NCBI GenBank assembly: GCA_964521425.1
Contig: CAZFRO010000007.1
Span: 50,106-114,105 of the forward strand
Source of the DNA: an uncultured bacterium
GTDB lineage: Bacteria > Joyebacterota > Joyebacteria > Joyebacterales > Joyebacteraceae
Direction of reading: 5' to 3'
Length of the DNA: 64,000 nucleotides
Positions 9,144-18,075 of this stretch are shown here, one piece after another. How positions within the stretch are numbered: the first letter of the stretch is position 1; each line of letters opens with the position of its first letter. Below the pieces are notes generated by a model that saw only the letters and a list, made by a program, of their open reading frames with translations, was not told the origin of the DNA and did no database searches. A program made the translations under genes and the position numbers.

Positions 9144-11786
9144 CTACCTAAGGACGATGACCTTGCCGCGGCGCACATCGTCTCCAGCCACCAGCTTCAT
9201 GAAGTAGAGACCGTTGCCTACTCTGCGGCCATGTTCATCGCGACCGTCCCACATCACATCGACGGTGCCTGGGTCCATCTCATCGTCCACGAGCGTCCTC
9301 ACGAGGCGACCGTCAACACTGTATATATCGAAGGTCACGTCCGCCCGAGTCGGGAGCTCAAACGACAGCGATGCCTCTCTGCCGAACGGGTTCGGCCTGG
9401 AGGGGTGGAGAACCAGCGTCGCAATCCCCGCGTCCTGAACCCCTGTCTCCTCGACGATGAACGATGCCGTCGCCATGAGCTGACTCCGCTCCGTGCCGTC
9501 ATCGGCGTAGGTGCGCCAGTAGTATGTGCCGCTGCCGAGCGACGAGGACACGGTCCACGACGTCGTGCCTGAACCCTCGGTCACGCCGCTCGTTGAAGCG
9601 ACAAGACTTGTGCAGAGCTCATCATCGTACACCTGGAATCCGTACGTCAGCACGTCGCTCGGATCAGGGTCGTACGAATTGACGACGGTGAGGTCGGGCG
9701 TTGGACTGCTCACGGTTCCGCCGTCCGGCGGATCGGAGAGCGCCGGAACCGTTGGTTTGACGTTCCCGGTCGGCGGGCCGCTGATCGTCACATCATCGAC
9801 GTACCACCCGTCCTCCTCCACGTACGTGTCGGACGTGAAGCGGAACCTCAGCGAGAAGTCCGCAGTACCCACGAAATCGTTCAGAGACAACTCCACCTCT
9901 TCCCATCCGTAGTTGTTTCCGTGGTACTTCGGTCCGACCTGGTACCACGTTGCGCCGCCGTCGGACGAGGCCTCGACGTAGCAGTAGTCGTAGTCCGCCT
10001 CGGTATCGACCCGATGCCAGAACGACAGATCTGCCGCGGTAGCCGATGAGAAATCGATGGCTGTGGCGAGTTCAATCCACGTGTTCCGGTAGCTGCCGTA
10101 ATTCCCGCTCGGGCTGTCGGTGTAGGAGGTCGAAGGTGAATGCGACTGCGTGCTTGTAAGCCCCCAGTAGCCATCGTTCTCGACCCAGTTGCCCGTGCCG
10201 CCTTCCATATCGTCGAAGAAGACGACCGTCGGCTCCCCGACCATCCAGGAGAGTGTCTCCTCCATATAGAGCCCGTCTCCCGTTATCTCAAGCGTGAGGA
10301 CCAACCCATGTCCGTCGGGCGTGCCCGCATCGACCGAGAACGAGAACGGGTCGCCGGCGTTGTCGGCAGCAGAACCCGCCGAGATCGAGCCGAGTGTCGT
10401 GCTCGCATCGTGGAGCTGGACGTACGGGTCATCCGTCGCGATGGCCACGCTCACATTGGTGGCCCCGGCAATGACTCCCTGGTTCTCGATTGAAACAACG
10501 AGGTCGAGAGTCTCACCGGCATCCGGCTGCTGATCGCCGTTGCCGCCGGAGAACGTGGTTCCGTCCACCGCAAGGTAGCTCCCTGCGATCCGACAGATGT
10601 ACTGCTGCGGCCAGAGGTTCTCGGCATTCAGGCTCGGGATCTCACTCTCGGCCGGCCAGAATCCAGTTCCTGAGACCTCGACGCAGAGAGACAAGACGTC
10701 TTCAATACCGTACGCCCAGTCGCACGTCGTCCCGGCGCAGTTATAGAGAATCTCGCCCGCCTGCCCCACCTGGTATCCGTTGTACTGCGCCATGCTGTTG
10801 GCAATCACGCGGAACAACGCGTCGTCCGGCGTGTGCGCATTCGTGTAGCCCCATGGCAGGAGAACCATGCCGGCGACCGAATGGAATGTGATGTTGGTGA
10901 CAAACTCATGTGCTGTGACGAAATCTGTGTAGGCCTGTATGCAAGGCTCAGAGTGAGGAGCGGTGCCACGGTAGGTTTCGCTGCAAGGATCACCGGAGCT
11001 TCCGACTCCACCCCACTCGTAGTCGTAGTTGCGGTTTGGATCCACTCCGTAGCAGAACGAGCCGGCATTGTTGCGTCGGTTCTTCCGCCACATGCCTCCG
11101 CCGCCTGGATCCGTCAACTCGTTGTAGCAATAGCCGTCCGGGTTCACGACCGGGACGAACCAGATCTCCCGGTTGTCTACGAGGAACGTGGCCTCCGGAT
11201 CGGTCCCGTAGTTAGAGGTCAGCCAGGTCATGTAGTGCAAGAGGACTTCAATCGACATGGGCTCGCGCGCGTGATGCAGACCGTCGAGGAGAATCTCAGG
11301 CTCGGTCTCATCCACACCCGGGTTGTCCGAGATCTTGATCGCCCAGATGTCGCGTCCCTCGATGCTCGTACCGATGCTTATCTTCTCACCAACGATCGAT
11401 GGGTACGCGGCGATGAGACCGTCGATGAAATCGATGGTCTCGGAGAAGGTGTGAAAATCACCGAAGTTGGGACCGCGCACGCGGGTGGCATAGAACTCCG
11501 CCATGTCCTCGATCTCTACCTCCACGCCGAACCCGAGCGCACGGAGTTCCTCGATCTGGGCGTCGTTGGTAACTATCTCCACCATCAGCCCGGGCTTGGA
11601 TTTCATGATGTCCATGCCCTCGAGGTTCACGAATCGATACCAGTCCGCCATGGATGCGAACTCAACTCTCGCCTGGATATACGGTCCGTCCGGACCTGAC
11701 GCCGTAACTCCCACCGCAAGACCGAGCAGAAGGCCGGCCACCGTCAGAACCGCAAGAAAGGACTTCGAGACACGCGCCATGGTCAT
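9144..11786 (-). CDS. Secreted M14 zinc carboxypeptidase (carboxypeptidase T-like) with accessory beta domains and FlgD-Ig/T9SS-type C-terminus
   Basis: GLHHAREP, VVNPDG, MWRKNR, GVDPNRNY and TFHS motifs; C-terminus PNPF...GLYFMKL...KVIVLR. Confidence 0.92.
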   Translation of the reverse strand: MTMARVSKSFLAVLTVAGLLLGLAVGVTASGPDGPYIQARVEFASMADWYRFVNLEGMDIMKSKPGLMVEIVTNDAQIEELRALGFGVEVEIEDMAEFYATRVRGPNFGDFHTFSETIDFIDGLIAAYPSIVGEKISIGTSIEGRDIWAIKISDNPGVDETEPEILLDGLHHAREPMSIEVLLHYMTWLTSNYGTDPEATFLVDNREIWFVPVVNPDGYCYNELTDPGGGGMWRKNRRNNAGSFCYGVDPNRNYDYEWGGVGSSGDPCSETYRGTAPHSEPCIQAYTDFVTAHEFVTNITFHSVAGMVLLPWGYTNAHTPDDALFRVIANSMAQYNGYQVGQAGEILYNCAGTTCDWAYGIEDVLSLCVEVSGTGFWPAESEIPSLNAENLWPQQYICRIAGSYLAVDGTTFSGGNGDQQPDAGETLDLVVSIENQGVIAGATNVSVAIATDDPYVQLHDASTTLGSISAGSAADNAGDPFSFSVDAGTPDGHGLVLTLEITGDGLYMEETLSWMVGEPTVVFFDDMEGGTGNWVENDGYWGLTSTQSHSPSTSYTDSPSGNYGSYRNTWIELATAIDFSSATAADLSFWHRVDTEADYDYCYVEASSDGGATWYQVGPKYHGNNYGWEEVELSLNDFVGTADFSLRFRFTSDTYVEEDGWYVDDVTISGPPTGNVKPTVPALSDPPDGGTVSSPTPDLTVVNSYDPDPSDVLTYGFQVYDDELCTSLVASTSGVTEGSGTTSWTVSSSLGSGTYYWRTYADDGTERSQLMATASFIVEETGVQDAGIATLVLHPSRPNPFGREASLSFELPTRADVTFDIYSVDGRLVRTLVDDEMDPGTVDVMWDGRDEHGRRVGNGLYFMKLVAGDDVRRGKVIVLR

Positions 11787-11854
11787 CGGCTCCCTTCGTG
11801 ATGAAACTACCCTCGTGAAATCACCATGTATCACACATTTGACCCTAGCTTACT

Positions 11855-11883
11855 ATAATAGCACAGAATGCTCAGAGAATCAA
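11855..11883 (-). promoter_or_regulatory. Sigma70-type promoter
   Basis: TTGATT-N17-TATTAT with an extended TG, upstream of the M14 gene. Confidence 0.55.
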
Positions 11884-11907
11884 TAATTGGTCGTTCAGGG
11901 GGGGTCT

Positions 11908-13038
11908 CTACCTTCGGGGACCAGTCGTATCGATCGAAAGCACGCCGCCCTCGGAGGCGTGGCCCAGGCGCGGCATCCACGATTCCAGCTTCGCTGCCGC
12001 TCCGGGAATCCTGAGCCCCAGGCTCAGTGGTCCGGGGCCTAGTGCACGCACGAGCCTGCTCAGCCGCCTCGTATGGTTGAGCACCGGCACAATCTCTTGA
12101 GCGGCACGTCTGCAATAGATCGTCGACGCGTCCGATCCACCACCCTCTGCTTCGCTTGTCGCCTCAGCCGCCAGGCGACCGCTCGCTATCGAATAGGAGA
12201 TCCCCTCACCGGTGATCGGATCCGCCAGGCCGGCGGCATCACCCACAACGAGGATGCGCCCCATGGCGAGACCCGCCTTCTTGACCTCAGCCGGTGTGGG
12301 CCGCGCGAAGTGACCTTCCATCCTCCAGGAACTCAAACCACGCTTTTCGATGAAGCGATCGACGTCGCGGATGTAGCCCGGACCAAGCGGCGCCGTTCCA
12401 CAGACGCCTATGTTCAGATGATCCCTCTTTGGGAAGACCCAGCCGTATCCTCCGCGGCACACATCACCATCGATGATCACCCTGTCGAGGAACGGCTCGA
12501 GAGCGAGAGGCGTTTCGGGGAATACGCGCGCGTATGCCGCGGCCGAAAGCCTGAGTGTCGGCATGCCGACCATACCGCGGATGGAGCCCCTGACACCATC
12601 GGCCGCCACAAGATGGGGAGCGCCGAGAGTGCGCGAACCAACCACAATCTCTACGCGGTCACCGAGGTCGGTGACGGAATCAACGGCAGCACCAAACTCC
12701 ACACGCGCCCCTGCACGCATCGCGCGCTCGGCAAGGTACTCGTCGAGTTCCTTCCGCGAGGTCGTGGCGACTGTTGTGTCGCGCCCGGTCCAGGTCACGG
12801 TTACACGCGGACCGACCACGATCTCACTGGTTCGGACGTTGTGGTGAATGATGCTGTTGACGGATGGACCGAGAAGCCCCAGGGCCCTCGAGGAGAGCCC
12901 ACCGGCACACGGCTTTGAGCGCGGGAACTCTGCCTTCTCGAACACTGCGATGCGGAGACCCAGCTCGGCCGCACGCTCGGCACAACTGCTTCCCGCGGGC
13001 CCTGCACCCACGACTATGAGATCGAAGCGCTCGTTCAC
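11908..13038 (-). CDS. Geranylgeranyl reductase family FAD-dependent oxidoreductase
   Basis: VVGAGPAG, FPRSKPCAGG, AADG, GYGWVFPK and GDAAGLADPITGEGI motifs. Confidence 0.9.
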   Translation of the reverse strand: MNERFDLIVVGAGPAGSSCAERAAELGLRIAVFEKAEFPRSKPCAGGLSSRALGLLGPSVNSIIHHNVRTSEIVVGPRVTVTWTGRDTTVATTSRKELDEYLAERAMRAGARVEFGAAVDSVTDLGDRVEIVVGSRTLGAPHLVAADGVRGSIRGMVGMPTLRLSAAAYARVFPETPLALEPFLDRVIIDGDVCRGGYGWVFPKRDHLNIGVCGTAPLGPGYIRDVDRFIEKRGLSSWRMEGHFARPTPAEVKKAGLAMGRILVVGDAAGLADPITGEGISYSIASGRLAAEATSEAEGGGSDASTIYCRRAAQEIVPVLNHTRRLSRLVRALGPGPLSLGLRIPGAAAKLESWMPRLGHASEGGVLSIDTTGPRR

Positions 13039-13039
13039 G

Positions 13040-14827
13040 TTACTCCAGTATCAGCTCGCCGAAGCTCTTCGGGTTGTAGTCTATCGGAACCTGCCAATCG
13101 GCCTGGGACTGCGTCCGCTGCTGCTTGCGCCGGAAGTTCAGGCCCCATACTCCAGTCTCTCCAGAGCCCACGCCGAATGCGCTGAACGGCAGCCTCACCT
13201 CCGCGCGCCAGCCTTCATCCGTCGTCCGGCACGTGATCTCGTACTCTCCATCCCACGACGCATCGACCGTGTAGCGCATATTCTCGTCGAACGTTATCCT
13301 CTGGTCGAAGACCGTGCCAATTGAGTTCACGTAGACCTGGTAGACGACCATCTCGTCCGGATCCGGATGGAAGAAGAACCCGATGCAGTCGTCCATGTAG
13401 ACGGGACCGTCCCGCTTCTCGACGGCGGCTTGAATGCCCTCGGCCTCCGGGTCGTTGCAGATGGCCATCACATAGAGATTGTCGGCATCGTGCCCAAAAC
13501 CGAATGCCGTCTTCCCCTCGACCTCATAGCCCGCGTAGGCAGGGTAGAACCTCGATATGAAGGCCGTCGCCGGCCAGTCATCAGCTACTGCATCGATCCC
13601 CGGAGCCGGCGAGAGTTCGTGAGCGGAGGCGGATCTCACGACACGGAGCGGCACGGTGGCTTCAATCGTCCTGCCGTTTGTCAGAGGATAGGTCACGCTG
13701 AAATCCGGAACAGGGTAGAGCTCGCCCACGTTCCGCAGACGGACTGGAAACTCGCCTGTCTCACCGGGAGCGATCTCAACCTGGAACGACTCGGGGTCGG
13801 CCACCCACCCTATCGGGAGATTCCAGCCGGCCTCATCCTGGATCGCAACGACGCCCTCATTCGCGATCGTCACGGTCACGTCCACCCACTCGGCCGCGCC
13901 TTCAGCCAGCGGGATACTGCTCACGGAGATGAGACTCCCCTCGATCCTGGACATCTCACGCTCGTTAGCGATCGTGTTGACGTCCCAGGGATGGACGCTC
14001 CCCGCGTGTATGATGGCCAGGTCGTGGCCACCGTCGCCAACCGTGGCCCACGCGAACTGGAAGAACTCGCCACGCGCAACAGGCTCGCTATCCGCCCGGT
14101 ACATATGACCGCCGGAACTGCCTATGCTCGAGTACGGGATTCCGTCGTATTCCCCTGCGAAGTAGTGGTGGTAGTGCCCGGTGAAGACGGCATCCACACC
14201 GTACTCGACAAACAGATCGTGCACGGCGTCCGGGTTGCCGTTGGCCGTCGAGGCTGCCCAGAACGGCTTATGGTAGAAGACGAAGATTCTGGCTGACTCG
14301 CGGTGGGTCTCGAGGTCCTCGGTGAGCCAGGTAAGCTGCTCGTCAGAGATATCAGACCACGACTCAAGCCTGCTGTTGTCGAGAATCACGAAATGGGTGC
14401 TCTCGTGATCGAACGAGTAGTATGTCGCGAATCCCGTCTTCAGGGTGTAGAGGGAATCGGACTCGTCGCTCCAGATATCATGGTTGCCTGCGAGGAGGAA
14501 CCAGGGAGCCTCGAGTTCGCCCAGAAACGCCAGTACGGTGTCCCATTCGGCGCTCACGGCCTCCATATCGTCGGTATAGCCCTCTATCTGGTCACCCACG
14601 GTGACTACGATATCGGGTCTCAAGAGGTTGATCTCATCGATTATGGCCGGGTATACGCCCTCCGTATGCCCGCCCGTCCTGTCGCTCAGGATCACCATCC
14701 GGAATGTCGCATCATGCTCAGCCACCGGCGGCGCCTTCGCAGCGTTCGTCGCGGCGCACCCCACCAGAGCAACGGCAAGGGCCATCCCGGCCACCGTGCT
14801 GATTGCCCGTACCCGTAGAGCTGTCAA
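13040..14827 (-). CDS. Lipoprotein metallophosphoesterase with a C-terminal CBM9-like sugar-binding domain
   Basis: Lipobox ALVGC; SD, VGD, GNHD, FYHKP and GHYH motifs; C-terminal DNLYV...GWRAEVRLPF...WGLNFRR. Start TTG 14827 follows an AGGGAGG RBS. Confidence 0.8.
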   Translation of the reverse strand: MTALRVRAISTVAGMALAVALVGCAATNAAKAPPVAEHDATFRMVILSDRTGGHTEGVYPAIIDEINLLRPDIVVTVGDQIEGYTDDMEAVSAEWDTVLAFLGELEAPWFLLAGNHDIWSDESDSLYTLKTGFATYYSFDHESTHFVILDNSRLESWSDISDEQLTWLTEDLETHRESARIFVFYHKPFWAASTANGNPDAVHDLFVEYGVDAVFTGHYHHYFAGEYDGIPYSSIGSSGGHMYRADSEPVARGEFFQFAWATVGDGGHDLAIIHAGSVHPWDVNTIANEREMSRIEGSLISVSSIPLAEGAAEWVDVTVTIANEGVVAIQDEAGWNLPIGWVADPESFQVEIAPGETGEFPVRLRNVGELYPVPDFSVTYPLTNGRTIEATVPLRVVRSASAHELSPAPGIDAVADDWPATAFISRFYPAYAGYEVEGKTAFGFGHDADNLYVMAICNDPEAEGIQAAVEKRDGPVYMDDCIGFFFHPDPDEMVVYQVYVNSIGTVFDQRITFDENMRYTVDASWDGEYEITCRTTDEGWRAEVRLPFSAFGVGSGETGVWGLNFRRKQQRTQSQADWQVPIDYNPKSFGELILE

Positions 14828-14873
14828 TGTGCCCTCCCTTTGACTGGTCGCTCGCTCCTTGGCATTCGCTCCG

Positions 14874-14902
14874 ATGCTAGTACCACACGTGCCTGTTGTC
14901 AA
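14874..14902 (-). promoter_or_regulatory. Sigma70-type promoter
   Basis: TTGACA-N17-TAGCAT. Confidence 0.6.
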
Positions 14903-15077
14903 TCCGCACTCGATGGCGGGCCGACGGCGTATCGATCCGGGATTCGCGGCGAACATGTGGCGGGCGGACGTCCGACCAACGCCAATCCGCCGCGTGTAGA
15001 ATCCGTGCCAACTCGCGCGCGACACTCAACATCTTTCGCGAGGACGATTCGCGAAGAAGAAGAGTGTAACTTTGTAT

Positions 15078-15105
15078 TTGACTCCGGAGGGCGTGTTGCT
15101 AATAT
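15078..15105 (+). promoter_or_regulatory. Sigma70-type promoter
   Basis: TTGACT-N16-TAATAT with an extended TG. Confidence 0.5.
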
Positions 15106-15158
15106 CTTAGTCGTTCGTCTTCGAGCCACCCATCAACGACAGCGTGGAGGATTACAGG

Positions 15159-15497
15159 GTGCGCATCTGTCCCGAGTGTGAAACCGTTTACGAAGAACCA
15201 GGCATCGACGTCTGTCCAAACTGTGATGTTCCTCTGATGGACAAGGTCGAGGAACTCGATGCGGCGCCGACGGTGGACGACAGCAACCTCCCGTCGGACG
15301 GTCTCATCGTCATCGAGTCAACAGATGACGATGACAGGATCGGGCTTCTGCGAGAACTGCTCGAGGATGGCGGCATCCCCTGCTTCCTGAGTGATGAACT
15401 CTTCACAGAGGAACCGACCGCGCTTGAGAAGATGGTGATGATTCCGCGAGAGATGGAGAGCGACGCGCGGAAGCTCATCAGAAACTATTTCTCCTGA
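15159..15497 (+). CDS. Small acidic protein with zinc ribbon (CxxC...CxxC) and DUF2007-like domain
   Basis: CPEC...CPNC; LLRELLEDGGIPCF; GGAGG RBS before GTG 15159. Confidence 0.7.
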   Translation: MRICPECETVYEEPGIDVCPNCDVPLMDKVEELDAAPTVDDSNLPSDGLIVIESTDDDDRIGLLRELLEDGGIPCFLSDELFTEEPTALEKMVMIPREMESDARKLIRNYFS

Positions 15498-15536
15498 CGT
15501 AGTCGGCGCGCGTGAGACTCAACTCAAGACAATACG

Positions 15537-15575
15537 GAACGAGGCGAACCGTGAAGGATCGCCTCGTTCTTTTGT
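15537..15575 (+). terminator. Intrinsic terminator
   Basis: Stem gaacgaggcga...tcgcctcgttc followed by TTTT. Confidence 0.75.
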
Positions 15576-15659
15576 TTCGATGATGGATGCACCCGGACGC
15601 GGGCGGGAGGCTCCGCCACACTGAGCATCGCCTGCCCCGAAGCTCTGCCACACTGAGCG

Positions 15660-16142
15660 CTATCTCTTGTGACCTATCATCCTCAAGAACTCCCTGCGCT
15701 TCTCCGCATCCTGAGGCCCCTCGACACCGAGCGGAGCAGAACCATCTATAACTCCCAGGATGCCTCTGCCGCTGCCGTTTTCGGCGGCGACTACGTCGAC
15801 GGGATTCCCCGTGGCGCAGTAAACGGAGCACACCTCCTGACACGCCTTCACCGCAGAGAGGACACTGATGGGGAACGCCTCCTCCATGACTATCACGAAC
15901 GTGTGCCCGGCTCCGACAGCCTCCATGATCGCGACCGCCGCATTCTCCAGCTTGTCGCTGTTGCCATCGTGACGGATGAGACACGGCCCGGACGCCTCGG
16001 CAAACGCGATCCCGAATTTCACAACCGGAGAAGAGGTCACCATGATCTCGTACAAATCCTCGACGGTCTTGATGAAGTGACTCTGCCCGAGGATGATGTT
16101 CGACCCCTCGGGGAACTCGATGGCAATGCTCCTGAGCTCCAT
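15660..16142 (-). CDS. Adenosine-specific kinase family (DUF355)
   Basis: NIILGQSHFIKTVEDL, FAEASGPCLIR, YCATGNP and GRGILGVIDG motifs. Confidence 0.88.
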   Translation of the reverse strand: MELRSIAIEFPEGSNIILGQSHFIKTVEDLYEIMVTSSPVVKFGIAFAEASGPCLIRHDGNSDKLENAAVAIMEAVGAGHTFVIVMEEAFPISVLSAVKACQEVCSVYCATGNPVDVVAAENGSGRGILGVIDGSAPLGVEGPQDAEKRREFLRMIGHKR

Positions 16143-16214
16143 GGGCTTCTCCTTGTCACGTGTGGGCGGTTCAGTCACACACATCGTTGTCATCATACCG
16201 CGATTCGGGGGGAG

Positions 16215-16265
16215 AGTGAAGGGCCCTGTACAAGTGAAGGGCCCTGCACGAGTGCAGGGCTTGCA
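16215..16265. repeat. 18-bp tandem repeat (about 2.8 copies) abutting a -35 box
   Basis: agtgaagggccctgtaca / agtgaagggccctgcacg / agtgcagggcttgca. Confidence 0.75.
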
Positions 16266-16266
16266 G

Positions 16267-16295
16267 TTGACCTTGGGGGAAGATGCGTCTAGACT
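16267..16295 (+). promoter_or_regulatory. Sigma70-type promoter
   Basis: TTGACC-N17-TAGACT. Confidence 0.55.
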
Positions 16296-16327
16296 GTGAC
16301 AACGTGTGGCTCACCCAGGAGAGACGA

Positions 16328-17470
16328 GTGCGGGTCCTATATCTGTCAGAAGTTCAGTGGCTCTCGCAGGTGTCGCGGAAGCACCAGATGATACGGCGCT
16401 TCCCACGGGACTGGGAGATCCTGTTCATCTCACCTATCAACTCCCGCAAAGACGAGAACAGCTTCAGAGAGAGAGAGACAAGAGTCCCGGCCCGCGCACG
16501 CTACGTCTCGATCCCGCTTCCCAAGCCGGATTCACTCATTCCGCCGATCCGTTCCTTCACAAGATTCCTGACAGCCCTCGGTCGTCGCTCGGTGCTTCGT
16601 GCGGTAGAGACGTTCAGGCCCGACGTCGTCGTCTGCTCCTATATCTGGGCGGCCCCGTTTGTCTCCGACATCCAGAAAGCGGGCGTCCCGGTCATCTACG
16701 ACTGCAACGATCTCCACCCCCAGTTCTACCCGTGCTGCCGGGAAGAAGCGGAGGGCATGTTCCGCGCGATGACGTCGGTTGTGGACGAGGTCGTCGCTTC
16801 GTCGGAGCATCTGAGGAACGAGTGTGGGCGCGGCTGCCTCATCGGCAACGGTGTGGACCTTGCCACGTTCAAGGGGAAGCAGGAGACTCCAATCCCTGAG
16901 GTCATAGCCGAAAGCCAGCTCTCGGATTGCGAAGATCTGGTGATCTACGTGGGATCGATAGACGGCAGGCTCGACTTCGGGATCCTGCGGCGCGTTCTCG
17001 AGGCGGTCACGGCGCGCGACAGGCGCACGGGTCTTGTTCTCAGCGGTAGGATCTTCGACTCGGCGAGGGCCGAGAGGGAGGCTCTCGAACAGGCGTTCCC
17101 GGATTCCATACTCTTCACCGGGAGAATCGAGTATGAGAAGCTCCCGCTCTTCATGTCATCCGCTGTGGTGGGAATCACACCGTTCGTGATGACGCCGCTG
17201 ACGGAGGCCATCAACCCCAACAAACTCTACATGTACGCGGCGATGGATCTCAACGTCGTCTCGACCCCCTTCTCTGAGGAGGTCCGACGGCACGACGGCA
17301 ACATCTACATCGCCTCGAACCCCGGTGAGTTCGCTTCCGCGGTAGAAAAGGCGATCGGCGACGATGAACGCCGCCGATCGATTCGCGAGAAGATTGCGCT
17401 CCCGAACAGCTGGGATAAGCGGGTGGAGGAGTTTACCCGCGTCCTGTCCGGTCTCAAGCGCGCGGGCTAG
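16328..17470 (+). CDS. GT-B glycosyltransferase (family 4/TuaH-like)
   Basis: VIYDCND, IGNGVD, YVGSI and NPNKLYMY motifs; AGGAG RBS before GTG 16328. Confidence 0.85.
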   Translation: MRVLYLSEVQWLSQVSRKHQMIRRFPRDWEILFISPINSRKDENSFRERETRVPARARYVSIPLPKPDSLIPPIRSFTRFLTALGRRSVLRAVETFRPDVVVCSYIWAAPFVSDIQKAGVPVIYDCNDLHPQFYPCCREEAEGMFRAMTSVVDEVVASSEHLRNECGRGCLIGNGVDLATFKGKQETPIPEVIAESQLSDCEDLVIYVGSIDGRLDFGILRRVLEAVTARDRRTGLVLSGRIFDSARAEREALEQAFPDSILFTGRIEYEKLPLFMSSAVVGITPFVMTPLTEAINPNKLYMYAAMDLNVVSTPFSEEVRRHDGNIYIASNPGEFASAVEKAIGDDERRRSIREKIALPNSWDKRVEEFTRVLSGLKRAG

Positions 17471-17976
17471 CCTGCCTCGTCTTCCCGCGGTCCACCTTCA
17501 AACACCTTGCCCGGCTCGAGTTCCTCATCACCGAGTCCCTCTCCTCGCTCGGCGGCGGGGAACGGAACGATGTAGAAGTAGAGGCTCTCACTCGGACGGT
17601 TGTAGTCAAGCTCCAGTGTGTAGCTCTCCGACTGGTAGCCCGCTGCATAGACAGTGACTCTGAAGACCCTGTCCTCTGGACCCCCATTGCCGTGGTAGTA
17701 GAGATATCCGCCGAAGACCGGGGTGTAGCCCGCGCCGTTGACGGTCCATGTTCCTATGTAGTTCCAGCTCCACCAGTCGGCCTCCTCGAGATCGACCGAC
17801 GCCCAAGTAATGGGCATGCCCGTGTAGTAGTCGAGCGCGTACACGTGAATCTGCGCCATCCTGGGCGGGTAGTGATCACAGTCCCAGGACCACGGGCAGA
17901 CTATGCACCCGGATGTGACTGCCGCCAGAATCACGACGGCTACGAGCAGCCATATCTTCCGCACTGTTGGTCTCAT
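17467..17976 (-). CDS. Hypothetical lipoprotein (Tyr/Trp-rich, carboxypeptidase-regulatory-like beta domain)
   Basis: Lipobox VTSGC after a hydrophobic stretch; GAGGAGG RBS. Confidence 0.65.
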   Translation of the reverse strand: MRPTVRKIWLLVAVVILAAVTSGCIVCPWSWDCDHYPPRMAQIHVYALDYYTGMPITWASVDLEEADWWSWNYIGTWTVNGAGYTPVFGGYLYYHGNGGPEDRVFRVTVYAAGYQSESYTLELDYNRPSESLYFYIVPFPAAERGEGLGDEELEPGKVFEGGPREDEAG

Positions 17977-18046
17977 CTTCAAGACCTCCTCTCGTCCAGC
18001 CTCTCTCCAACCCGACTCTTCATTCCCGGGCCAGCCGCGCGTGGCA

Positions 18047-18075
18047 TGGGACGATCGAACACCATTCCGATTCAC
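18047..18075 (-). promoter_or_regulatory. ECF sigma promoter, copy 3
   Basis: GTGAATC-N15-CGTCCCA, with the same spacing as the copies at 19762 and 21725. Confidence 0.55.
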
